The notes under the pieces: generated by a model
Database searches by the model: none
Told to the model about the DNA's origin: nothing
The model's input: the letters and a program-made list of their open reading frames with translations, nothing else
DNA from: an uncultured Helicobacter sp.
GTDB taxonomy: Bacteria > Campylobacterota > Campylobacteria > Campylobacterales > UBA6016
Assembly (NCBI GenBank): GCA_964568395.1
Contig: CAZMPN010000003.1
Location: forward strand, 34,482 to 98,481
Direction of reading: 5' to 3'
Length of the DNA: 64,000 bases
Position numbers and translations under genes: made by a program
Shown here: piece by piece, positions 45,635 to 55,806 of the stretch
How positions within the stretch are numbered: position 1 is the first letter of the stretch
Layout: each line of letters begins with the position of its first letter

Positions 45635-46271
45635 TAGTAAACCCTCTGGTCTTTACCGTCTTAATAAGCTGCGGGGATAGTTTTTTTCTTACCCTTGCCA
45701 CCAGCTCATCCACCGTATTTTGCAGCTTATCCTGCGGATTTTCATAGATTGCGTCCATAATCTCCTCTCTGGATGCGATCTGATTTTTCCTGGAGAGCAG
45801 ATAAAACAAAAGTGCGTGTTCGTTTTTGCTAAGAGATACAGGATGTCCACCTTTTGAGACTGTTTTTGAGGAGATATCTATCTCTATATCTTCCATTGCT
45901 ATATTTTTTGGCGCAAACCGTCTGGCGAGAGCTATAAGCCTGGCTTTGAGCTCTTTGATATCAAAAGGCTTTTCCAGATAGTCGTCCGCACCGAAAAAGA
46001 GCCCCTCAACCTTATCGTCCACGGTCGAAAGCGCACTCAAGATCAAAACGCCGCAATTTGGGTTTTTCTCTTTTGCGTAGGCGACCAACTCTTTTGCCTT
46101 ATCCACCCCGTGAAACGTCCTATCGAATACGGCCGCCTGATAGCTAAAAGCGTCCAAAAAAGCTTTCGCCTCGTCCGCCTCGGAGGCGACATCGACGATA
46201 AAATCGTTTTTGAGAGAAATCGCTAGCAGGGACAGAAGCTCCTTCTCGTCGTCGGCGACCAAAATCCTCAT
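45624..46271 (-). CDS. OmpR-family response regulator
   Basis: VADDE, FDR, GADDYLEKPF, TVKTRGF. Confidence 0.9.
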   Translation of the reverse strand: MRILVADDEKELLSLLAISLKNDFIVDVASEADEAKAFLDAFSYQAAVFDRTFHGVDKAKELVAYAKEKNPNCGVLILSALSTVDDKVEGLFFGADDYLEKPFDIKELKARLIALARRFAPKNIAMEDIEIDISSKTVSKGGHPVSLSKNEHALLFYLLSRKNQIASREEIMDAIYENPQDKLQNTVDELVARVRKKLSPQLIKTVKTRGFTIEV

Positions 46272-46562
46272 CTATAAAGACTCCGTAACGTCTATCTGGA
46301 ATATTTTTATACTACCCTCTTTGAACCCAGCCTTTATTCTCTCCAAAAAAGGCTGGAAGTTTTCCGTATCGACAAAAAACTTGAACAGCCCAAACTCCAT
46401 CCTGCCGCTCACCTGCTCTTTGTCGCTTTTGAGAAAAGAGCTAAGCGAGTAGCGTTTGCAGTCGAAGTAGTAAAACTCCTCTACCCCGTTTTCTAGCAAA
46501 AAATCAACGAGCGAATCTTTTATATCCGCTCTAAAATATACGTCAACGGCTTTTTTATTCAC
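46272..46562 (-). CDS. Small PII-like-fold protein (DUF3240-like) downstream of czcA
   Basis: DSLVDFLLE, S.KEQVSGR; usual position after a heavy-metal RND pump. Confidence 0.55.
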   Translation of the reverse strand: MNKKAVDVYFRADIKDSLVDFLLENGVEEFYYFDCKRYSLSSFLKSDKEQVSGRMEFGLFKFFVDTENFQPFLERIKAGFKEGSIKIFQIDVTESL

Positions 46563-49500
46563 TTCTCACCTTTCCTTTCATATAGAGCATTCTAAACGCC
46601 GGAGGGAGTATAAGAAGCGTTAGCGCCGTAGAGGTGACAAGCCCTCCTAATACGACTATAGCGAGCGGTCTTTGAATCTCGCTGCCCACGCCTGTGGCGA
46701 AAAGCAGCGGCAACAGCCCGAGAGCCGCTATAAACGCCGTCATAAGAACCGGCCTAAGCCTTCTTCTGGCGCCTTCCGTTACGGCGTCGTCTATGGAGTA
46801 TCCTTGCGCCAAAAGGGAGAGGAAGTAGCTCACCATTACCACCCCGTTTAGCACCGCGATACCGAATAGCGCTATAAATCCTACCGACGCAGGAACGGAT
46901 AGATATTCGCCGGAAATAAAGAGCGATATAACTCCGCCGGTAATAGCGAAAGGTATATTAAGAAGCACCAGAAGCGTAATCGGCACCGACCTGAACGTAA
47001 AGAACAAAATCATGAAGATTACGCCTATGCTTACAGGGATTACGGTCATTAGCTTCGCGGACGCTCTTTGTTGGTTTTCGAACTGCCCGCCGTACACTAC
47101 CTTATAACCGTACGGGAGCTTGACCTGGGCCGCTATCTTCGCCTTGGCCTCCTCGACAAAACCGACCAAGTCCCTATTCTCTACATTTGCTCTGACTACG
47201 CTAACCCTCTGCGAGTTCTCGCGGTCGATCTTTACCGGACCTTCTATCTCCCTAATATCGGCGATACTGGATACCGGCACGGAGAAGCCGTCCGCCAGCG
47301 GTATCTCCAACGCCCTGAAAAGCTCCGGATTTGAGGATATATTTTTATCCATCCTGAGCATAACCGGAATCCTTGTCGCGCCGACAGGTATATAATCTAC
47401 ATTTAGACCCTCAAGCGACGTTTTTAGAAATTTTTGCAGCTCTGCGGTATCGACACCCGTTTTTGCCGATTCAAGCCTGTTTGGCTCCACAACCAGATAG
47501 TTTACCCCCTCGTTTAGCGTAGTAAACACCTCGGAAGAGCCTTTTATACCCTTTAGCGTAGTCTCTATCTTCTGGCTGAGCTCGTTTAGCTTGGCGATAT
47601 CCGTACCGTATATCTTTACGGCCAGATCACCCCTTGAGCCGGTAAGCATCTCTGAAATTCTCATCTCGATAGGTTGCGTAAAGCTGAAGCTTATTCCGCC
47701 AAAACCGCTCAGGGCTTCTTTTATTTTCTCTTTTATCTCCTCTTTATTTGAGACGCTCCACTCTTTTTTAGGCTTTAGGGTTATGAACGTATCGGTTTGG
47801 TTTAGGCCCATAGGGTCTAGCCCCAGCTCATCGGAGCCGGTACGCGCGACTATCGCCTTGACTTCCGGCACCTTCTCTTTGATCGCCTTTTGTATGGCTA
47901 GGTTTAGCTCTTTCGATTTCTCTAGCGAAATTGACGGAGGGGTCTCGACGCTAAGTATCAAATCCCCTTCGTCAAGGGTCGGCATAAACGCCTTTCCTAC
48001 AAACAAAAAGAGTGTCAGGCTCACCGCCAAAAACAAAAGCGCCCCCATAAAAAGCTTTCTTGTCCTATTTAGCGCAAACGCCAAAAGAGGCTCGTAACTG
48101 CGGCTAAAAAAACGGTCCAGCTTCGTCTCTTTGTGCGGGGCGGCTTTTAGCAAAAACGAACATGCCACAGGAATGACGGTCAAAGAAAGCGCAAGGGAAC
48201 CAAATAGCGCGAATACTATCGTCATCGCCACCGGAGCAAACAGCTTACCCTCCAATCCCTCCAGCGTCAAAAGAGGCAAAAATACGACCGCAATAATCAA
48301 AATTCCGCTAAATACTGCCGGACTCACCTCTTTTGAAGCTCTATATACCTGATGCAGTTTCGGCAGCTTCATATCAGCCTTGCCCAGTCTCGCAAAAGAG
48401 TTCTCGACCATAACTACAGCTGAATCCACCAGCATACCCACCGCTATGGCTAGACCGCCTAGGCTCATAAGATTTGCCGTAAGCCCAAAATAGTTCATCA
48501 TCACAAACGCGAAAGCGAGAGAGAGCGGAAGTATTATACTGACGGCAACGGCGGCTCTGATATCGCCCAGAAACAAAAGCAGCAAAACCACGACCAATAC
48601 GACGGCTTCGGTTAGAGCCTTTGATACCGTATCTACGGCCTGTTGCGTCAAATGGCTCCTGTCATAAAAAGGCTCTATATGCACGCCTTTTGGCAGCTGC
48701 GGCTTAAGCGCCTCTAGCGCCGCCTTCACCTGGGTTATCGTCTCTTTGGCGTTCGCGCCTTTAAGGGTAAGCACAAGCCCTTCGGTCGCTTCGCCCTCCC
48801 CGTTTTTGGTAACAAAGCCCATTCTAGTCAGGGAGTCGTCGGCAACACGGCAAAAATCGCCTATACGAAGCAACCCGTTATGGGAGTGTATGGTGATGTT
48901 CGATATCTCGGATACGCTTTTGACGCCGCTTTCCACTTTGACCAAAAAGCTCTCTTCGCCTTTTGTGACCCTGCCCGCGCCGTCATTCGAGAGATTTGAC
49001 GCAAGCGCCTCTTCAAGCGCGGTTATGGTGACTCCGAGCCTTCTCATGGCCGCAAAGTCCGGCTCGACTACGATGGCTCTAGCTTCTCCGCCAAGAGAGT
49101 TGACGTCGGCGACGCCTTTAGCTCCTCTAAGGGCCGGTCTGATTACAAAATCGAGAAGCTCCCTTTTTTGTTTTTGGCTGATATTGCCCTCAACCGTAAA
49201 CATAAACGCTTCACCGAGCGGCGTAGTGATGGGAGCCATCCCGCCTGTCACGCTTTTTGGCAAAGAGCCCATGGCGGATGATAGCTTCTCGGCCACCTGC
49301 GCCCTCGCGCGGTAGATATCGGCGCCGTCGTTGAAATCTATCGTAATATCGGCTATGCCGTATTTGGAGGTGCTTTTTAGCAGCTTCTCGTTTTCAAGAC
49401 CCAAAAGCTCGGCCTCAAGAGGCTTGACAACCCTGTTTTCCACCTCTTCGGGAGCCATGCCTGGAGCTTTTAGGATTATCTTGACCTGCGTAGAAGATAT

Positions 49501-49626
49501 GTCCGGAAAGGCGTCTATCGGTATTTTAAGAAACGAGTAAACGCCGTGTATTAGCAGTACGGCCGAAAACAGTATTACTACGATTCTCTGTTTTAGGGAA
49601 AACTCTATCAGCTTGTTTAGCATCAC
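46555..49626 (-). CDS. czcA: CusA/CzcA-family heavy-metal RND efflux permease
   Basis: IDAFPDIS..QV, SLGGLAI..GMLVDSAVVMVEN, MPTLDEG, RRLRPVLMTA. Confidence 0.92.
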   Translation of the reverse strand: MMLNKLIEFSLKQRIVVILFSAVLLIHGVYSFLKIPIDAFPDISSTQVKIILKAPGMAPEEVENRVVKPLEAELLGLENEKLLKSTSKYGIADITIDFNDGADIYRARAQVAEKLSSAMGSLPKSVTGGMAPITTPLGEAFMFTVEGNISQKQKRELLDFVIRPALRGAKGVADVNSLGGEARAIVVEPDFAAMRRLGVTITALEEALASNLSNDGAGRVTKGEESFLVKVESGVKSVSEISNITIHSHNGLLRIGDFCRVADDSLTRMGFVTKNGEGEATEGLVLTLKGANAKETITQVKAALEALKPQLPKGVHIEPFYDRSHLTQQAVDTVSKALTEAVVLVVVLLLLFLGDIRAAVAVSIILPLSLAFAFVMMNYFGLTANLMSLGGLAIAVGMLVDSAVVMVENSFARLGKADMKLPKLHQVYRASKEVSPAVFSGILIIAVVFLPLLTLEGLEGKLFAPVAMTIVFALFGSLALSLTVIPVACSFLLKAAPHKETKLDRFFSRSYEPLLAFALNRTRKLFMGALLFLAVSLTLFLFVGKAFMPTLDEGDLILSVETPPSISLEKSKELNLAIQKAIKEKVPEVKAIVARTGSDELGLDPMGLNQTDTFITLKPKKEWSVSNKEEIKEKIKEALSGFGGISFSFTQPIEMRISEMLTGSRGDLAVKIYGTDIAKLNELSQKIETTLKGIKGSSEVFTTLNEGVNYLVVEPNRLESAKTGVDTAELQKFLKTSLEGLNVDYIPVGATRIPVMLRMDKNISSNPELFRALEIPLADGFSVPVSSIADIREIEGPVKIDRENSQRVSVVRANVENRDLVGFVEEAKAKIAAQVKLPYGYKVVYGGQFENQQRASAKLMTVIPVSIGVIFMILFFTFRSVPITLLVLLNIPFAITGGVISLFISGEYLSVPASVGFIALFGIAVLNGVVMVSYFLSLLAQGYSIDDAVTEGARRRLRPVLMTAFIAALGLLPLLFATGVGSEIQRPLAIVVLGGLVTSTALTLLILPPAFRMLYMKGKVRSE

Positions 49627-50669
49627 TCAAATCCCATTCCGCTTAACGCGCCTTTGAGGTTTATTATACCTCCTACCGCTATCTCGCTGCCTGGGGCGAT
49701 ATCGCCCGGTTTTACGTATACGCCATCTTTTGTCTCTCTGAGCACGAACACTTTTTTGGAAACAAAACCTGTTTTGGTTCTGACAAAACATATATCGCTG
49801 TTTTTGTATTTGGTCACCGACGACCTAGGCAGCATCAGAGTACTCTCCGACTTCGGTACGGAGACAAAAAACTCATGTGCGGTGCCAGCCCTAAAACCAT
49901 CCTTTGGAGCCGTAATCTTTACTACGCCAAGCGCAGAGTTGGTAGTCTCGTCGACGCCGCCGGATACTCCGATTAAAGTCCCTATTTTATTGCCGGCCTT
50001 GTCGGTCACCAGACTTCCTTTTTTGATATTGCCAAGCTGCATCGGCGGTATTTTGATATATGCGGCCAAAGACGAAGCGTCGGATATCTTCAGATACGGC
50101 ATAAAAGGCTCGATTTTTTGCCCGCCTTTTTTAGGGGATAGCGACAAGGTCCCATCCATCTTTGCTTTTACGGCAAAGGTTCCATCCCCCAAAGCAAAGG
50201 CTCCGGCTACCCCTAGTCTGCTTTCAAGCTCGGATACCCTAGACGCCAAGGCTGACGCCTCAAGAGAGCTTTTTTGATACTCCCTGAACGATATAACGCC
50301 CTCTTTGTAGAGCATCTCATCTTTTTTTGCATTGTTATTTAAGGCTTTTAGCCTGTTTTGGGCCTCTCTTAATTCAAACACGTTAGCCATAAGCTCGGAG
50401 GAGGATATTATGCAGAGCGTATCGCCTTTTTTGACGACATCTCCGGCCGTTTTAACTATTTTCAGGGCTATGCCCTCGGAGGGCAAGATATAATTTTTTG
50501 ATTTTGCGTCGTCATAGTCGAAACTGCCGACAAACGGCCCGGCGGTCTCGCTTACGCTCATAACGGCCGGTTTTGTGCTAATACCCATTTTTTTCATCCC
50601 GGCTTCGTCCATTTTTATCTCCGCGAACAGGGAAACGGCGGCGGCCAAAAAAACTAAAAACTTCTTCAT
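49623..50669 (-). CDS. RND periplasmic adaptor (CzcB-like)
   Basis: Signal peptide; GDVVKKGDTL; A.MDG; located between the TolC and RND genes. Confidence 0.85.
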   Translation of the reverse strand: MKKFLVFLAAAVSLFAEIKMDEAGMKKMGISTKPAVMSVSETAGPFVGSFDYDDAKSKNYILPSEGIALKIVKTAGDVVKKGDTLCIISSSELMANVFELREAQNRLKALNNNAKKDEMLYKEGVISFREYQKSSLEASALASRVSELESRLGVAGAFALGDGTFAVKAKMDGTLSLSPKKGGQKIEPFMPYLKISDASSLAAYIKIPPMQLGNIKKGSLVTDKAGNKIGTLIGVSGGVDETTNSALGVVKITAPKDGFRAGTAHEFFVSVPKSESTLMLPRSSVTKYKNSDICFVRTKTGFVSKKVFVLRETKDGVYVKPGDIAPGSEIAVGGIINLKGALSGMGFE

Positions 50670-51856
50670 CTTATTACTCCTGCGAAAACCTTTTCGAGTT
50701 TTGCTATTTCTTCTACATACTCTTTTTTATAGGTTATTGTTTTTATCGTCGAATCGAAATAGGCGTTTTTTGCCGCAAGATACTCAAACAACGACACGGC
50801 GCCATTCTCATAACCCTTTGCGGTCATATCGAACACGGACTTGTACAGCTCTTCGTTTGCGATGGAATTTTTTATCTTTTTTTCTAGCTCCACTACTCTT
50901 TGGCTCTCCATCTTCGCCATGATCGATAGTGTATCTTGCAGTACTTTTTGCTTTCTGTTCACGGCGTCCAGTCTGGCCCTAAGCGCAGCTATCTTGTTCT
51001 CGTTCTTGCCAGTTACGTTCAAAGGGAACGAAACACGAAAATCGACGCTTTTTTGTGTCGCCTCTTTGGTCTGTCCGACGCCAAACTCGACCCTGTCTAT
51101 CAGGGAGTACCTATAGCCGCCCATTTCGCCTTCTATCTCTTGTTTTTTCGCTTCCATCTCTTTTACCTGAAGCGACTCTTTACGCAATTCCTCAAGCCTT
51201 TCGCTAAGAGCCGGATAGAACTTGAACCCAAGGTCGCTGATCGTTATCTCGTCATGAGACAAAACCGCATGCGACAAGGCATGATGGAGCTCCTCTTTAA
51301 ACGCTGACGCCGAAGCTAAGTCAACCTTGCTTTGCATAAGTTCCGTCTCAAACCTCGCAAGCTCCATTTTCGAGATGCGTCCCGCATCGAACTTCTTTTT
51401 GGCAAGCTCAAAGGAACGCTTTGCGGCGGCCTCTTTTTGGGTGTATATATCCTCTTCCTCCGAGGCGAGCAGAAACAGCAGGTACGTTCTTTTTATTTCG
51501 CTTTTTATCGCCGTTTTTTGGAGCTCTTCGGAGATATAAAGACCCTTCTCTTTGGCTTCAAATCCTCTTTTTTCGCTTGCTATAATCCAAGGCATTCTGG
51601 TGGAAAAGCCGAGCATGGAGGAGGTTTCGCTCTGGTGGACGGATTCGTCCGTTTTTATCTTCCTCTTGCCAAACTCAAGAGTGAGAGGCTCAAAAGCGAG
51701 CGCCGCCGCTTTATCGTATTTTGCGGCGTTTCTTTCGCCCGCGATATCTATGACCGCCATATCGTTTTTATAGACTTCGTTTACAAACTCGTCAAACGTA
51801 TATACCGAAGCATAAGAATAGACCGCCCCAAGAGCGATCAGCAAGGTTTTTTTCAT
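50666..51856 (-). CDS. TolC-family outer-membrane factor (CzcC-like)
   Basis: Signal peptide; FDAGRIS..EL and YENGAVSLFEYL repeats. Confidence 0.82.
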   Translation of the reverse strand: MKKTLLIALGAVYSYASVYTFDEFVNEVYKNDMAVIDIAGERNAAKYDKAAALAFEPLTLEFGKRKIKTDESVHQSETSSMLGFSTRMPWIIASEKRGFEAKEKGLYISEELQKTAIKSEIKRTYLLFLLASEEEDIYTQKEAAAKRSFELAKKKFDAGRISKMELARFETELMQSKVDLASASAFKEELHHALSHAVLSHDEITISDLGFKFYPALSERLEELRKESLQVKEMEAKKQEIEGEMGGYRYSLIDRVEFGVGQTKEATQKSVDFRVSFPLNVTGKNENKIAALRARLDAVNRKQKVLQDTLSIMAKMESQRVVELEKKIKNSIANEELYKSVFDMTAKGYENGAVSLFEYLAAKNAYFDSTIKTITYKKEYVEEIAKLEKVFAGVIR

Positions 51857-52210
51857 TTAAATCCCCTGTCTTTCCAAGACTTTGCCGTTTCCGGCGTCCA
51901 CATATAGTCTGTATTTTTTGCCGTCGGCATCTTGCGCATACACTTGATACACAAGCTCTCTATGCAAATCAAGCAGCGATATGGTTGAAGCATTGAGCCC
52001 CTCTTTCGAAAGGGAGCGCTCCACGTCTTCTTTGGATATTTTCGCAAGAGAAGCGAGATATCTTTCACCCTCAAACTGTACCGTAGGATGGCTTCTATAT
52101 TTTGAAAGCGTATATTTTTGGTGCTTATCGGCAGGTATATCGATGGATGAATCCACGCCGGCAAACGCGCTCAGGCAAAGTAGCGTCAGCGCTAAAACAT
52201 ATCTTCTCAT
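51857..52210 (-). CDS. Secreted PepSY-domain protein
   Basis: SD AAGGAG; signal peptide; LVYQV..YVDAGNGKVL; its stop directly abuts the next ATG. Confidence 0.75.
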   Translation of the reverse strand: MRRYVLALTLLCLSAFAGVDSSIDIPADKHQKYTLSKYRSHPTVQFEGERYLASLAKISKEDVERSLSKEGLNASTISLLDLHRELVYQVYAQDADGKKYRLYVDAGNGKVLERQGI

Positions 52211-52233
52211 CTTTGGACTCCTTCATTTATTTG

Positions 52234-52273
52234 ATGAGATTTTATGTATTCGCTATGAGAAAATCATGAGATT
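52234..52273 (-). promoter_or_regulatory. Three TCTCAT direct repeats upstream of the pepSY-czc operon
   Basis: ATGAGA on the + strand at 52234, 52255 and 52266 (spacings 21 and 11). Confidence 0.45.
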
Positions 52274-52302
52274 CTTGATTTAAGAGGCAAAAATAAGGGG
52301 TA

Positions 52303-52330
52303 GGAAACCCCGGAATAAAAGCCGGGGTCC
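52303..52330 (-). terminator. GC-rich hairpin downstream of the Ig-like ORF
   Basis: ACCCCGG (52307-52313) and CCGGGGT (52322-52328), 8-nt loop. Confidence 0.5.
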
Positions 52331-52344
52331 TGAAGCGTGATTGC

Positions 52345-52665
52345 TTACTTCGCTATATCCACGGCTACTTGCTGGGTTTGTCCGGCTTTTGTCGTTATGG
52401 ACACCTTTGTACTTATCGGAAGGGCGTTTGCAGGCGGATTTACCGCCTTGAACGTCTGTGTTTGGGCGTCAAATTGCAGCCAGGCAGGAAGCGCTTGTCC
52501 GTTATCGAGGGTGGCTTTTACCTCTTTGATATCCTTTGCCGCGACGTTGACGCTGACGGCCTCTTTTACCGTAAAACTAAATCCGCTTCCGGTATCCGCG
52601 GTTATTTTGGCGACCACCTTACTCTCCGAAATATTCGAAGATGGAGCTACCACGGCCAACTCCAC
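52345..52665 (-). pseudogene. Isolated putative Ig (He_PIG/cadherin-like) domain, probable C-terminal remnant of a large adhesin
   Basis: ATLDNGQALPAWLQFDAQTQTF motif. No signal peptide or SD; the frame is open only 9 codons further upstream before a TAA. Confidence 0.5.
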
Positions 52666-52818
52666 GCCTTTTTGCGGGGCAAGCTGTTCTTTTTATATGA
52701 ATAAACCAAAAAATATTCAATTATGCGATGCTAATAATACCCAAGCGGCATAGCAATTATGTGGCTACAGAATGGTTAAACTATAATTTTTACTATTTTT
52801 TCAAAAAAAGAGGTTTTA

Positions 52819-53166
52819 ATGCCGGGGTTCATAGAGGGTTTTTTGCTGGGCGGAGCGTCGTCTTCCGCGCTTATTATATTGGCTATCGCCGTTTTTGGGA
52901 CCATGATGCTTCTTAAAATGTCGTCGTTTAAGATACTATTGGCCGCGATGGCGCTTATCGCCATTTACGCCGGACTAGATAGCTACAAGAATAATGCGCT
53001 GGCCGTCGGAAGCGATATGAAGGTAATCGCGGCGGACGTTGTATGTATAGAAGGGACGGCATACAAGACGAATAAGGGGAGCCTTTTTAGCTCTGACAGC
53101 TTGACGCTTTTGACGGACGGTAACTCTTCTTCTATAAAGTGCAAAAAGCTATCGGACGTCAAATAG
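52819..53166 (+). CDS. Hypothetical membrane protein with two Cys
   Basis: TATAAT at 52782-52787; SD AAGAGG; two hydrophobic helices; VCIEGTAY..KC. Confidence 0.65.
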   Translation: MPGFIEGFLLGGASSSALIILAIAVFGTMMLLKMSSFKILLAAMALIAIYAGLDSYKNNALAVGSDMKVIAADVVCIEGTAYKTNKGSLFSSDSLTLLTDGNSSSIKCKKLSDVK

Positions 53167-53174
53167 GTCGTCTG

Positions 53175-55670
53175 CTATACGGCTGTGCGACCGATTGGGC
53201 CATAAAACTTAACAACATCGAACAGCAAAAACATCAAAACGCCTGCCGGCAAAAGCATTAGCCACAAGTACGACTCAAGCGGCGCAAAATAAAACAGCGA
53301 CGCCGCATAGCCGTATTCAACGGCGAAAAAGAGCGCGGATAAAGAGACGCCGATAACGACCGCGTCGACTCTGGACAATCCGCCAAAAACGCCAAAATCA
53401 AACGGCTTCTTCGTTCTTGCGTTAAATATCAATACCGTATTGCATACGATAAGCATCGCGAAAGTGGCGGATCTGGCGACGTTCGTATCCATCTTCAGAT
53501 AATCGGCCAGCAAGACATATACGCCGAAAACAGCGGCGGAAGCGACGGCTCCTTGCATCAGGACGGTCTTAATTTTGCCGGCCGGCAGCAACGGCTCGCT
53601 TTTGCTTCGCGGGGGCCTTGTCATACACTCCCTATCTGCCTTTATAGACTCGAACACAACCGAACACATAGGGTCTATGACAAGCTCCAAAAAAGCTATA
53701 TGTATAGGCGCCAGCACCAACGGCAGACCAAACAAAATCGGCAAAAGGGAGAGGCCGACGATGGGAAGATGTATGGCTATTGTGTATAGCATCGCTTTTT
53801 GAAGATTTGAAAATATGCGCCTGCCGTGCATTATCGCGTTTACGATGGAGCCAAAATCATCATCCGTAAGCACTAGCGACGACGCCTCTCTGGCAACGTC
53901 GCTGCCTCTTTTACCCATCGCTATTCCGATATTGGCGGCCTTTAGGGCCGGCGCGTCGTTTACACCGTCCCCTGTCATCGCCACGATCTCCCTGTTTTTC
54001 TTTAACGCCTCCACTATTGATAGCTTTTGACTCGGGGAAACCCTTGCAAAGACGCATGTCTTGGAGACGCTTTCAAGAAGCGACGGCTCATCCAGGTTTT
54101 CAATATCCACGCCGGTCAAGACGCTGCCGCATTCGATTCCTACGCTGCATGCAACCGCCGATGCGGTAGCGGGATAGTCGCCGGTAATCATAACCACCCT
54201 TATTCCCGCTTTGCGGCACGTCTCGACGGCGTCACGCACACCGTCTTTTATTGGATCGGCCAACCCGACCAAGCCTATAAAATCAAAATCAAAATCATGC
54301 TGATTGCCCGGAAAAGCGGAGCCGCCGTGAGTCGCCTTCGCAACGCCTATGACCCTCAGACCCTTTTTGCCCATATCGGAGGCCATACTGATTATCCGCT
54401 CGGCCTTTGCCCGCCCCAGATGGCACAGATCCACAATCGCCTCCGGCGCGCCTTTCGCGGCTATCGAGCAGTATTCGCTATTTGGCGACTCCCACAAATG
54501 CGACATCGCCATCAGCTGCGGAGTCAGCTCGTATTCTTTAGCTAGATTCCAATCCGTATGTATATGTTCCGTATTCGCAAGATACTCCCCGGCTAACGTA
54601 TAAAATGCCTGTTCCATAGGGTCGTGCGGCTCTATTTCGCTCGCAAGTATGCAATACTCCAGCAGCTCGTGAAATTTTTCCGGCAGCCCCTCATTGTTGT
54701 CAAGCTCGCAAACATCGTCGTCTACCGCCAGCATCTCGACGCGCATTTTATTTTGCGTCAACGTTCCTGTTTTGTCCACGCAAAGGACGGTGGTCTCGCC
54801 CAGGGTCTCGATAGCCCCCAGCCGTCTCGTCAACACTCCGCCGGAGGCAATCCTTACGGCTCCAAACGCCAAAAATATAATCATTATTACCGGGAACTCT
54901 TGCGGCAAAATCCCCATAGCTAGCGTAATCCCGGCCAATACGGCATCAGCCGTAGAGCCGCCTTTCGCCGTATATATAAAACTCACGGCGACGCACAAAA
55001 CTACGCCGACAATCGCCAGGCGCGCGGCGATTTTCGAACTCTCCTCTTGCAGAGGCGACTTGTCGGTATTTATCGTCTCTATGGATTTGCCTATCATTCC
55101 AAGCTGCGTATTCGCTCCTACGGCAACCGTCTCCATAATGGCCTGTCCGGCCACGACAAGCGTTCCGGCGTATAGCTTGTTGTTTTTTTCCGCGTCTTTT
55201 GGAACGCATACCGACTCACCGGTAAGCATAGATTCATCGACGGACAGTTCGTGGCATGAGAGCGCCCTTCCGTCAGATGGCACCCTGTCGCCCTCCGATA
55301 GCATAACAATATCCCCGATGACTATCTGCGTACCTGAAATTCTGGTCGGAACCCCGTCTCTAAGAACAATGGCTCTCGGACTGGATAGCTCCCGTAGTCT
55401 TTGCAGCGCCCTTTCCGTACGCCCTTCTTGTATTACGGTGACTAAAATTATTATAAAAACAAAGCCTAGCAAAACCAGCGCGTCATGCACATCGCCTATC
55501 AAAAGGTAAATTACTCCGGCGCATACCAAGAGAATAAACATCGGCTCTTTTATAACGTCCAGGATGATTTTGAGAGCGCTTCTGGACTCTGACGACTTCA
55601 GGGCATTGGGCCCGTCACTTGAAAGACGCTTTTGGGCTTCAGACGAAGAAAGGCCAATACTATTTGGCAT
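53175..55670 (-). CDS. P-type cation-translocating ATPase (type II, Ca2+-ATPase-like)
   Basis: LTGES, PQEFP, DKTGTLT, KGAPE, MITGD, TGDGVNDAPAL. Confidence 0.92.
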   Translation of the reverse strand: MPNSIGLSSSEAQKRLSSDGPNALKSSESRSALKIILDVIKEPMFILLVCAGVIYLLIGDVHDALVLLGFVFIIILVTVIQEGRTERALQRLRELSSPRAIVLRDGVPTRISGTQIVIGDIVMLSEGDRVPSDGRALSCHELSVDESMLTGESVCVPKDAEKNNKLYAGTLVVAGQAIMETVAVGANTQLGMIGKSIETINTDKSPLQEESSKIAARLAIVGVVLCVAVSFIYTAKGGSTADAVLAGITLAMGILPQEFPVIMIIFLAFGAVRIASGGVLTRRLGAIETLGETTVLCVDKTGTLTQNKMRVEMLAVDDDVCELDNNEGLPEKFHELLEYCILASEIEPHDPMEQAFYTLAGEYLANTEHIHTDWNLAKEYELTPQLMAMSHLWESPNSEYCSIAAKGAPEAIVDLCHLGRAKAERIISMASDMGKKGLRVIGVAKATHGGSAFPGNQHDFDFDFIGLVGLADPIKDGVRDAVETCRKAGIRVVMITGDYPATASAVACSVGIECGSVLTGVDIENLDEPSLLESVSKTCVFARVSPSQKLSIVEALKKNREIVAMTGDGVNDAPALKAANIGIAMGKRGSDVAREASSLVLTDDDFGSIVNAIMHGRRIFSNLQKAMLYTIAIHLPIVGLSLLPILFGLPLVLAPIHIAFLELVIDPMCSVVFESIKADRECMTRPPRSKSEPLLPAGKIKTVLMQGAVASAAVFGVYVLLADYLKMDTNVARSATFAMLIVCNTVLIFNARTKKPFDFGVFGGLSRVDAVVIGVSLSALFFAVEYGYAASLFYFAPLESYLWLMLLPAGVLMFLLFDVVKFYGPIGRTAV

Positions 55671-55768
55671 TCTAATCCTTGGGTTTAGGCTGACAAAAAT
55701 AACCGCAAGAGATTAACACATTTTTCGTATTTTCGAAAGATATAGGAAGAAGGGAATGTAGAGGGAGG

Positions 55769-55796
55769 CTAGACCGAAGGAGTCCTTGCGGTCTAG
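55769..55796. terminator. Hairpin just 3' of the small Lys-rich peptide gene
   Basis: CTAGACCG and CGGTCTAG, extendable by AAGG/CCTT; no U-tract on the coding strand. Confidence 0.35.
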
Positions 55797-55806
55797 ACGA
55801 AAAGAG

